A stretch of DNA of 64,000 nt from Candidatus Sericytochromatia bacterium (GTDB lineage: Bacteria > Cyanobacteriota > Sericytochromatia > S15B-MN24 > JAQBPE01). The translations under genes were made by a program, and so were the position numbers. Shown in pieces: positions 56,834 to 64,000 of the stretch; positions within the stretch are counted from its first letter, which is position 1; the number at the start of each line of letters is the position of its first letter. The notes below the pieces were generated by a model. That model made no database searches and had not been told where the DNA came from. It was given only the letters and a program-made list of their open reading frames with translations. The DNA is taken from contig JAYKHR010000066.1 of assembly GCA_035285125.1 (NCBI GenBank), forward strand, positions 143,762-207,761, in the 5' to 3' direction.

Positions 56834-59104
56834 TTGCCCCCCTCGCCTGCTGTCCGCCTCGCCTCCGCCGCCGCCCGCCACCCGTGGGTGACCCTCGCCT
56901 GGTGGGCTTTCGCCCTGCTGTTGGCCATTGCCGCCAGCGGTCGCTGGGCTGACCGCCTGGTGGGAGGGATCGGCACCGTGCCAGGTTCGGCGTCGGCCAG
57001 CGTGGAAGCCAAGGTGGCCTCCGACTTCGACATGCCCTTCGCCCAGGCCCTGGTGGTGATCGTGCGTTCCAGGGGTGACGCCCGAGCCGGCCAGGCGTTC
57101 GCCCGGGACCTCCAGGTTCACTTGGCCGAGGTGCCCGCGATCCGCCGGACCGTGGTCTGGCCCACGCGTCCACCCGACCCCGAGGTGCTCGTGCTCGGCC
57201 TGGCGGCGCCCTCGCTGGCAGACGCCGAGCGGGCCGTGCCTGGCGTGAGGGCCGCCATCGGCGCCTGGGCCGCGCAGCACCCGCAGGCGGTGGTGACGAC
57301 GACGGGCCAGGCCGCCTACAACGTGGACCTGTCGCTGCGAGCCAATGAGGAATCCGCCCGTGGCGAGCAGCGGGTCCTGCCGCTCACGCTGCTCGCCCTG
57401 CTCTGGATCTTCGGGGGGCTGACGGCTGCCCTGGCCCCCCTGGTTGCCGGCGTGGTGGCCGTGCTTTCCACCGTGGGCGCCGTGTGTGCCATCGGCGCTG
57501 CGACCCCCCTCTCGGTCTATGCCACCAGCATCGCCTCGATGCTCGGGCTGGGGCTCGGCATCGACTACGCCTTGCTGCTCGTCAGCCGCTGGCGGGAACA
57601 GCGCCGGCTGGGGGCGGAGCCTGCCGAAGCCCTGAGGGAGGCGATCGCCGCGACGGTGCCCGCGATCGTCGTCTCTGCCACCACCGTGGCCGTGGCCCTG
57701 GTGGCCCTGCTGTGGGTTCCCGTGCTGGACACTCGTGGCCTGGGCCTCGGCGGCACGCTGGTGGCCTTGGCCTCCCTGATGGCCGCGATCACGGTGTTGC
57801 CGGCGCTGGCCTCGCTGCTCGGCCGTCAACTCGATCGGGCCAGCTGGCTGCCGGACGTGCGGGACGAGGCTGCCCGCGTGGCCTGGTGGGAGGCCCGCAC
57901 CCGGACGGTGGTGGCGCACCCCTGGCCGACGCTGGCCCTCGCCGTGGCGCTGCTGCTGGCCCTGGCCTGGCCGGCCCGTGACCTCCACTTTGCCTTTCCG
58001 GAGATCCACCAGATGCCAGCCCAACTCGAGGCCGTGCAGGGCTGGCATCAGCTGGAGAGGCTGGGGAGCTCCGGCGAGGTCATGCCGCTGCGCGTGCTGA
58101 TCGAAGCCGACGGCCCCGTGCTCGAAGCCGGGCGCCTCGCGGGGCTGCTGCAGGCTGCCGCGTGGCTGCAGCAGCAGCCCTGGGTCAGGGTCGTGCGCGG
58201 CCCCGTGGCGCCGGGCAACGCAGCGCCCTGGCTGACGGCCTCGCGCAAGCTGGGCCCCGAGCGGCTGCGACGGACGCTGCCGGAGCCCTTCCGGTGGTAC
58301 GTCAGCCGCGACGGACGCCAGGCCCTGCTGGAACTTGTGCCGCCGCCCGGTACCTCCGTGGAGGCGGCCAAGGCCCACGTCGTGGCACTACGGACCCAGG
58401 ACTGGGGGCGCTTCGCCGGGCTGGCCGGCTGCCGGGTCCACGTGGGTGGCGCGGCCGCTCTGACGCTGGACATCCAGCAGGCGGTGGTGGTGTGGGCCCC
58501 GATCGTGGCTGCGACGATGTTCGGGCTGACCTTTTTCATGCTGTTCCGGTTGACGCACTCCTGGCTCATCCCCCTCAAGGCCATCGTCGCCAACGTGTTG
58601 ACGGTCGCGGCCGCCCTCGGGTTGACCATCTCGATCTGCCAGACCCCCTGGACCGCCCACGCCATTGGCCTGACGTCCCCCCTGGTTGGGGTGATGCCCG
58701 GCCTGGTGCTGCTGCTGCTCGCGGTGGTGTTCGGCCTCTCGATGGACTACGAGATCTTCTTGCTGCATCGGATCTTGGAGGCCCACCGCGCCGGCCTGTC
58801 CGATCGCGACGCCGTCGTCCGCGGGCTGGGTCGCAGCGCGGGCATCATCTCGGGCGGCGCAACGTTGATGGTGCTGGTGTTCTCCGGCTTCGCCCTGACG
58901 GAGCTGCCGCTCGTCAAGGTGCTCGGCCTCGCGCTGGCGCTCGGCGTGCTCCTGGACGCCACCATCGTGCGGCTGGCCCTCGTGCCCGCCGCGATGGTGA
59001 TCGCAGGTCGTTACAACTGGTTGCCAGGCCCCAGGCGTCCGGAGGCTGCCAGGGCGTGGTTGCGCGAGGCGCCGGTGTCGGAGAACGACGGGAACGCCAC
59101 CTGA
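56834..59104 (+). CDS. MMPL family (RND) lipid transporter
   Basis: GLGLGIDYALLLVSRWRE, FGLSMDYEIFLL.RI.E and LDATIVR motifs. The true start is far downstream of the track's 55655. Confidence 0.9.
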   Translation: MPPSPAVRLASAAARHPWVTLAWWAFALLLAIAASGRWADRLVGGIGTVPGSASASVEAKVASDFDMPFAQALVVIVRSRGDARAGQAFARDLQVHLAEVPAIRRTVVWPTRPPDPEVLVLGLAAPSLADAERAVPGVRAAIGAWAAQHPQAVVTTTGQAAYNVDLSLRANEESARGEQRVLPLTLLALLWIFGGLTAALAPLVAGVVAVLSTVGAVCAIGAATPLSVYATSIASMLGLGLGIDYALLLVSRWREQRRLGAEPAEALREAIAATVPAIVVSATTVAVALVALLWVPVLDTRGLGLGGTLVALASLMAAITVLPALASLLGRQLDRASWLPDVRDEAARVAWWEARTRTVVAHPWPTLALAVALLLALAWPARDLHFAFPEIHQMPAQLEAVQGWHQLERLGSSGEVMPLRVLIEADGPVLEAGRLAGLLQAAAWLQQQPWVRVVRGPVAPGNAAPWLTASRKLGPERLRRTLPEPFRWYVSRDGRQALLELVPPPGTSVEAAKAHVVALRTQDWGRFAGLAGCRVHVGGAAALTLDIQQAVVVWAPIVAATMFGLTFFMLFRLTHSWLIPLKAIVANVLTVAAALGLTISICQTPWTAHAIGLTSPLVGVMPGLVLLLLAVVFGLSMDYEIFLLHRILEAHRAGLSDRDAVVRGLGRSAGIISGGATLMVLVFSGFALTELPLVKVLGLALALGVLLDATIVRLALVPAAMVIAGRYNWLPGPRRPEAARAWLREAPVSENDGNAT

Positions 59105-60126
59105 CGGGCGCCGCCCCCCTTCACGTCCACGAGGGTGTCCCGGTCGGCCGTGGCGATCGGGGCGCGCAGGATCTCCCGGTAGGCCTCGATAAAGCCCATC
59201 TCGTGGTAGCGCTCGGGGAAGCGGGCCAGCAGGGCCTCCCGGATGAGGGGGTAGTTCGCGGGGCCCGCCTCGGGATACAGGTGGTGCTCGTTGTGGTGCG
59301 AGAAGTTGAGGTGGAAGAAGTCGATCCAGCGGGGCACCCGCACCGTCAGCGTGAGTTCGAGCGGATCGAGGTGATCGCCGAGCTCGGGGTTCAGCATGTG
59401 GTTCGTGCAGATGTAGGCGAGCCCGATGGTGATCCCGATGCTGTTGGCCACCACCAGGAACGCGCCCAGCCGCCAGTCGAAGCCGCCCATTGCCCACAGC
59501 CCGAGGTACAGGCCGAGGTTCAGCCCGAAGGTCTCGAAGACGGCCAGCCAGGCCTTGCGGCGAGGCAGGCGGAGGTCGAAGCGGGGGTTGCCGCTCTGAA
59601 ACAGCGTGTGGAACAGCATCGCCATCTGGTAGTGGAGGTTCACCAGGGGCAGCCAGACCAGCGCGCTCGACACGGGGTGCTTGCCATTGGGGAAGAGCCA
59701 CTCGCTCAGCTCGCCCAGGTAGTCGCGGGCTTCCGCAGCCGTGGGACGCGAGTTTGGGTCCTGCACGCTGTTCAGAAACACGTGGTGCAGCAGGTGGGCC
59801 TTGCCGTGGATGCTGGTGCAGATGCTGAGGCTCAGAAGCCAGGCGAAGGTCTCCCAGCAGTAGTTCGCCACCGGGCCCTCCACAATCGCCCCGTGGCCGA
59901 TCTCGTGGGCCGCGAAGCCGGTGCAAGCGATGCTGTGGCCGGCCACCAGCACCAGCACGCCCCAGGCCCACCAGGGCGTAGTGACGAGGTGGGTCGCGAG
60001 CCACGCCACGATGCCCACGACCAAGGCGAAGTGGCCCACCACGTGAACCAGCACGTGGCGGTTGCCGCGGAAGGCCTCCGGTTGGACGAGGTCGGCCAGG
60101 GCGCCACGGTACTCGTTGATCTGCAC
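59011..60126 (-). CDS. Membrane fatty acid desaturase
   Basis: Three His boxes: HEIGH, HLLHH, HNEHH. Confidence 0.9.
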   Translation of the reverse strand: MQINEYRGALADLVQPEAFRGNRHVLVHVVGHFALVVGIVAWLATHLVTTPWWAWGVLVLVAGHSIACTGFAAHEIGHGAIVEGPVANYCWETFAWLLSLSICTSIHGKAHLLHHVFLNSVQDPNSRPTAAEARDYLGELSEWLFPNGKHPVSSALVWLPLVNLHYQMAMLFHTLFQSGNPRFDLRLPRRKAWLAVFETFGLNLGLYLGLWAMGGFDWRLGAFLVVANSIGITIGLAYICTNHMLNPELGDHLDPLELTLTVRVPRWIDFFHLNFSHHNEHHLYPEAGPANYPLIREALLARFPERYHEMGFIEAYREILRAPIATADRDTLVDVKGGGARQVAFPSFSDTGASRNHALAASGRLGPGNQL

Positions 60127-60233
60127 AGGAACCTCCAGAGACAGCTGTGCTCATAGCATACCCGGCAAGCCCCCTCCCCGTGTTCCCCGGCCTCGGGCTT
60201 GCCGCTGGCGCCGAGCGGGTATATGCCGGCTCG

Positions 60234-61571
60234 ATGCCGATCTACCCTGATGACCTCCCGCCCAACCTGGTCGAGCGGCTGTTTCTCGCCATCGACGGCA
60301 TCCAGGCGGCGCCCGTCGTGCACCTCGTGGTCGAGTTAGCGGGGGTGCCGGACCGGGCCGTGCTGGCGGAGGCGCTGGGGGCCTTGGTGGCGGAGACCGC
60401 CTTGCTCCGCACCAGGGTCGTCGAGGGCAGGTTGGGCTTCCGGCGCCAGGTGTTGGGTGGGCCTGGCGAGGGGACCCTGCTCTGGCGCGAGGGCTTGCCC
60501 TCCGGACCGCTGCCGGGGCCTGAGCGGCTCCCGCTGCAAGACGCCCCCCCGTTTCAGGTGGCGCTTCAGGTGCTCGGGCCCTCACGGTCGCGGCTCGTGC
60601 TCTCCGTGCATCACGCCGCAGGGGATGGCCGGGGCACCGTCCATCTGGCGGACCGGCTGGCCGAGCACTACACGGCCCTGCAACAGGACCGACAGGCGCC
60701 GCCCTTGCCGCAGGGCCAACACCCACGGTTCCGCGATGAGTTCAGGGCGCTCGGGGGGCCTGCACGCTGGCAGGTGGTGAGGGGGCTGGGGCGGGCCCTG
60801 GCAGAGGTGGAGCAGGCCCGGCAGGGCCTTCGACTCGCCACCTTCATGGACACACCGTTGCCCGCCCACGGCGACCTCCACCACGCGGTGCTCCGCCTGG
60901 AGGGGGAGACGGTGCAGCGTTGGCGCCGGTGGGCCCGGTCCCAGGGCGGGTCGTTGGGGGACTGGCTGCTGGCCGTCTGGCTGGCGGCGGCCTGCCGCGT
61001 GTGGCCGGATGAGGTGGGGCGCCCGGGTCGGCTCTCCCTTCCGGTGGATCTTCGCCCATCCGGGACGCGCGGGCTCGCCAACCACACCGCTGAGGTGCCG
61101 CTGCACCTGCCGGCCCTGGCGTCGGAACCCGTCCCGTTGTTTAGGACCATCAGCGCCCTGAGCCCCGCCGCGCGGGACCGGCAGGTGGTGTTGTCCAGGC
61201 TGGCGGAGCGGGCGATCGCGAGCCTGCTGCCCCCCGCCTGGTTCCGCCGGGCGCTGGGGGCCCACCTGGCCCTCCCCCGCAACGCCACGCTGACGGGTGC
61301 TTTCTCCAACCTGGGCGATATGGACTCCCAGCTGCGGGACCTGGGGCCCGTCCGGGTGACCGGCGGCTGGATGGTGGGGCCCGTCGCGTCGCCACCCGGC
61401 CAGTCGACCTGGGCGCTCACGTTGCGCGGCACGCTGACGCTGGCGGTGGGATACCACGTGCCGGGCGTGGCACCCACGAGCATCGCACGAATGTTGGCGG
61501 AAATGACCGCCCTGATGAGCGGCCCCTGTCCGGAGGGAGAGGCCCGCCACGACGACACAACCAGTTGTTAA
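60234..61571 (+). CDS. Stand-alone condensation-domain / CoA-dependent acyltransferase
   Basis: HHAAGDG (HHxxxDG), LRT, PVDLR and FSNLG motifs. Confidence 0.8.
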   Translation: MPIYPDDLPPNLVERLFLAIDGIQAAPVVHLVVELAGVPDRAVLAEALGALVAETALLRTRVVEGRLGFRRQVLGGPGEGTLLWREGLPSGPLPGPERLPLQDAPPFQVALQVLGPSRSRLVLSVHHAAGDGRGTVHLADRLAEHYTALQQDRQAPPLPQGQHPRFRDEFRALGGPARWQVVRGLGRALAEVEQARQGLRLATFMDTPLPAHGDLHHAVLRLEGETVQRWRRWARSQGGSLGDWLLAVWLAAACRVWPDEVGRPGRLSLPVDLRPSGTRGLANHTAEVPLHLPALASEPVPLFRTISALSPAARDRQVVLSRLAERAIASLLPPAWFRRALGAHLALPRNATLTGAFSNLGDMDSQLRDLGPVRVTGGWMVGPVASPPGQSTWALTLRGTLTLAVGYHVPGVAPTSIARMLAEMTALMSGPCPEGEARHDDTTSC

Positions 61572-61636
61572 CGTCGAGGCCTGCGCGCTGGCGCATGTGG
61601 CCCGATGAACCCACGATGACCTCCTTGGAGGCACCC

Positions 61637-62296
61637 ATGGAAGTCCGAAGCGCAGCCCAACCCCACGGCCCCCTTCCGCGCGTGGCGCCCGTGCGCCACC
61701 TCAGCGAAGCCCCGGCCACGGTCCGGGCGAGGGTCTACACGGTCCACGGCGCCGACGTGCCGGGCCTGACGGGCCACGGTAAAAGCGCCATGCGGCGGCT
61801 GGCCTCCGAGCTGAGGCGGTCTGGCGTCTCGGAGGTCACGAGCCTGGAGTACAACGGCGACAGCTTCCTGGCAAACCAACTCGCCCCCCTCTGGGAGGTG
61901 CTGCTCGGCCGTTTCTCCAAGCAGGCAGCCCGGCAGGTGGCCGAGGATCTGGCGGCCCGTCCTCTGGCGAAGGGCGAGCAGGTGCACCTGATCGGCCACA
62001 GCCTGGGCACCCGCGTGGCCGTGAACCTGGCAGACAAACTCGCCGCGCGCGGGGTGCCCGTTGGCTCCGTCGCGCTGCTGGAGCCAAAAAACGGTCTCAT
62101 CCCTCCGGCGGTGGGGAGACTGCCCCGGGTGGGCCGAGCCCTGATCGTCGAGAACCAGGCCGGCGTGAAGCTAAAAAACCCGCACCACGTGCCGGTCGCC
62201 GAGTTGCTGATTCCCGGCCAGAGCCACGCGCAGGTCATTGAGAGGCCCACGCACGCGCTGCTGAAGGCCATCGGCCGCCTCGTGAGAGGCGGCTGA
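61637..62296 (+). CDS. Alpha/beta hydrolase fold protein
   Basis: VHG, LIGHSLG nucleophile elbow and C-terminal His (SH); GGAGG RBS. Confidence 0.7.
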   Translation: MEVRSAAQPHGPLPRVAPVRHLSEAPATVRARVYTVHGADVPGLTGHGKSAMRRLASELRRSGVSEVTSLEYNGDSFLANQLAPLWEVLLGRFSKQAARQVAEDLAARPLAKGEQVHLIGHSLGTRVAVNLADKLAARGVPVGSVALLEPKNGLIPPAVGRLPRVGRALIVENQAGVKLKNPHHVPVAELLIPGQSHAQVIERPTHALLKAIGRLVRGG

Positions 62297-62313
62297 CACG
62301 TCTCGTTCGGGCC

Positions 62314-62559
62314 TCAGGCAGCCTTGAGGATGTAGGACACCGCGTCGCGCACGGTCTTGATCTGCTCGGCGTCTTCGTCCGGGATCTCGACCTCGAACTC
62401 TTCCTCGAAGGCCATCACCAGTTCGACGGTGTCGAGCGAGTCCGCGCCGAGGTCCTCCGTGAAGCCTGCATCGAGGGTCACGGTACTGTCGCCGACATCC
62501 AGCCGGTCGATGACGATCTTCTTCACCCGTTCGAAGACTTCGGTCTCATTCAGTGCCAT
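62314..62559 (-). CDS. acpP: Acyl carrier protein
   Basis: [20 protein letters not shown] motif. Confidence 0.97.
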   Translation of the reverse strand: MALNETEVFERVKKIVIDRLDVGDSTVTLDAGFTEDLGADSLDTVELVMAFEEEFEVEIPDEDAEQIKTVRDAVSYILKAA

Positions 62560-62604
62560 CTGCGTTCTCCTTCGTTCGGTCGCCCTGGGCGGGCCACCAT
62601 CATT

Positions 62605-63348
62605 TCACATGGTCATCCCGCCGTCGACGGCGAGCACTTGGCCAGTCATGTAGGGGGCTTCCGAGGCGAGCCAGGCCACCACGGCCGCGACCTCCTCGGG
62701 CAGGCCCTCCCGTCCCAGCGGGATGCGCTGCAGGACAGCTTCCCGCGCGGCCGGGGTCATGGCGGCCGTCATGTCGGAGGCGATATACCCCGGCGCCACC
62801 ACGTTCACCGAGATGCCCCGCCCGGCAAGTTCCTTGGCGAGTGACTTGCTGAGGCCTATCAGGCCCGCCTTGGCGGCGGCGTAATTCGCCTGGCCCGCGT
62901 TGCCTGTCAGGCCGATGACGGACGAGATGTTCACGATGCGCCCCGACCGCGCCTTGAGCATCAGGCGGCTCGCGGCCCGGCAGAGCCAGAAGGCGGCAGA
63001 GAGGTCGGTGTCGATCACGACCCGCCAGTCGTCGTCCTTCATCCGTATGGCAAGCTGGTCGCGGGTGATGCCGGCGTTATTCACCAGGATGTCCAGGGCT
63101 CCGGCTCGGCCGTGCACCTCGCCCACCAGCGCTTCCGCCGCCGCCACGTCCGAGACGTCGGCCTGGAGCGCCCAGGCTCGCCCGCCCGCAGCCGCAATCT
63201 CGGCCACCACAGCCTCCGCGGCGTCATGCTGGCGGTGGTAGTTCACCGCGACGGTGGCCCCCAGGCCCGCGAGCCGGATGGCCGTGGCGCGTCCGATGCC
63301 GCGAGATGCGCCGGTAACAAGCGCAACCCTACCGTCCAGTGACCCCAC
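62605..63348 (-). CDS. fabG: 3-oxoacyl-ACP reductase
   Basis: TGASRGIG, NNAGITRD and NYAAAKAG motifs; directly upstream of acpP. Confidence 0.94.
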   Translation of the reverse strand: MGSLDGRVALVTGASRGIGRATAIRLAGLGATVAVNYHRQHDAAEAVVAEIAAAGGRAWALQADVSDVAAAEALVGEVHGRAGALDILVNNAGITRDQLAIRMKDDDWRVVIDTDLSAAFWLCRAASRLMLKARSGRIVNISSVIGLTGNAGQANYAAAKAGLIGLSKSLAKELAGRGISVNVVAPGYIASDMTAAMTPAAREAVLQRIPLGREGLPEEVAAVVAWLASEAPYMTGQVLAVDGGMTM

Positions 63349-63430
63349 GCCCTGCTCCCCGCTGCACGACCTCAGCCGGCGCAACCTTAGCTGAAACAGC
63401 AGCCGGGCGCAAGGCGACGAACACCGCCCA

Positions 63431-64000
63431 TCAGGCGAGCCCGTACGTGCGCATGATCTCCGACAGCTTCCGGCCGTAGCCCGGGTCGGTCGCGTACGTG
63501 CCCGTGATGTTCCGCGCGAAGGCGTGCGGGTCGCGGTCCTGGGCGAACTGCCGGACGGCCTTGTCGTAGTAGCCGTTGTGGAACAGCTTGCCGTGGAGCA
63601 TCACGGCCTCGTGGAAGTTGTTGTAGCGGGCGAAGTTGGCGTTGATGTTGACGCGCCGGCCGTTGTAGACCTCCCAGGTGCCCTGGCTGCTGGTGCCAGC
63701 CGGCCCCTTGCCCTTGATGCCGAAGATGTTGAAGCCCGGAATGATGGCCTTGCCCCAGCCGGTCTCGAGCGCGGCCTGCGCCATCGTGACGGCCGCAGGC
63801 ACGCCGTAGAGTCGCTCAGACTCCTCGGCAGCAGGCCGAAGGGCCTCCAGGAAGGCCCGCTTGTCGGTGCGGCCGAGTTGCTCGAGTTCCTCAGGTGACA
63901 TGCGCTGAAGCCGCTCGGCTGCGTCACCGGCGGGCTGCCCAGGGACAGGCGGCATCGCTGGCGGCGCCGGGGGAGGCGGGGGCGGGGGAGGCGGGGGCGC
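63431..64000 (-). CDS. Glucosaminidase/FlgJ-type (GH73) peptidoglycan hydrolase domain; N-terminus beyond the window
   Basis: AQAALETGWG, NIFGIKG and YATDP.Y motifs; the frame stays open through a poly-Pro linker to the window edge. Confidence 0.88.
   Translation of the reverse strand, partial: APPPPPPPPPPAPPAMPPVPGQPAGDAAERLQRMSPEELEQLGRTDKRAFLEALRPAAEESERLYGVPAAVTMAQAALETGWGKAIIPGFNIFGIKGKGPAGTSSQGTWEVYNGRRVNINANFARYNNFHEAVMLHGKLFHNGYYDKAVRQFAQDRDPHAFARNITGTYATDPGYGRKLSEIMRTYGLA

Noticed and set aside
38625..60156. Long alternative-frame ORFs (38625-40463, 44868-46739, 49093-50676, 58162-60156, 58388-60154; also 23713-25608)
   Set aside because: They overlap motif-supported genes, have low-information Arg/Gly/Ala-rich translations, and are expected in high-GC DNA.
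60234..61571. NRPS module
   Set aside because: Only a condensation-like domain is present; there is no adenylation domain or dedicated carrier in the cluster.

Overview
A GC-rich bacterial chromosomal window, mostly core genome, with no CRISPR array, rRNA, tRNA, integrase or transposase seen. It contains murJ/gmhB, a lipid-salvage operon (amidohydrolase, acyltransferase, acyl-CoA ligase), a GAF/HD-GYP protein, RNase P RNA, and a dcw cluster (rsmH-ftsL-ftsI-murF-mraY-murD-ftsW-murG-murC-murB-ftsQ-DUF881-sbp-ftsZ; no mraZ, murE, ddl or ftsA) running directly into ileS. It also holds an opp/dpp ABC operon, smpB, yceD-rpmF-fabH and fabG-acpP. Three regions stand out. (1) A ~9 kb lipid-tailoring cluster between fabH and acpP with an apparently split Rieske oxygenase (a catalytic subunit lacking the [2Fe-2S] ligands, coupled to a membrane-anchored Rieske domain), an ICMT-type methyltransferase, a four-His membrane protein, an MMPL transporter, a desaturase, a stand-alone condensation/acyltransferase domain and a hydrolase, arranged as three divergent pairs. 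(2) A 10-gene sugar-phosphate-type bacterial microcompartment operon with an atypical RpiB and a fused DeoC. (3) A ~410-nt structured leader or ncRNA behind a near-consensus promoter, upstream of a small zinc-ribbon gene. Gene content suggests a diderm Terrabacteria lineage, possibly a non-photosynthetic relative of Cyanobacteria (inference only). All calls are by eye from motifs; no searches were run and start codons are estimates.
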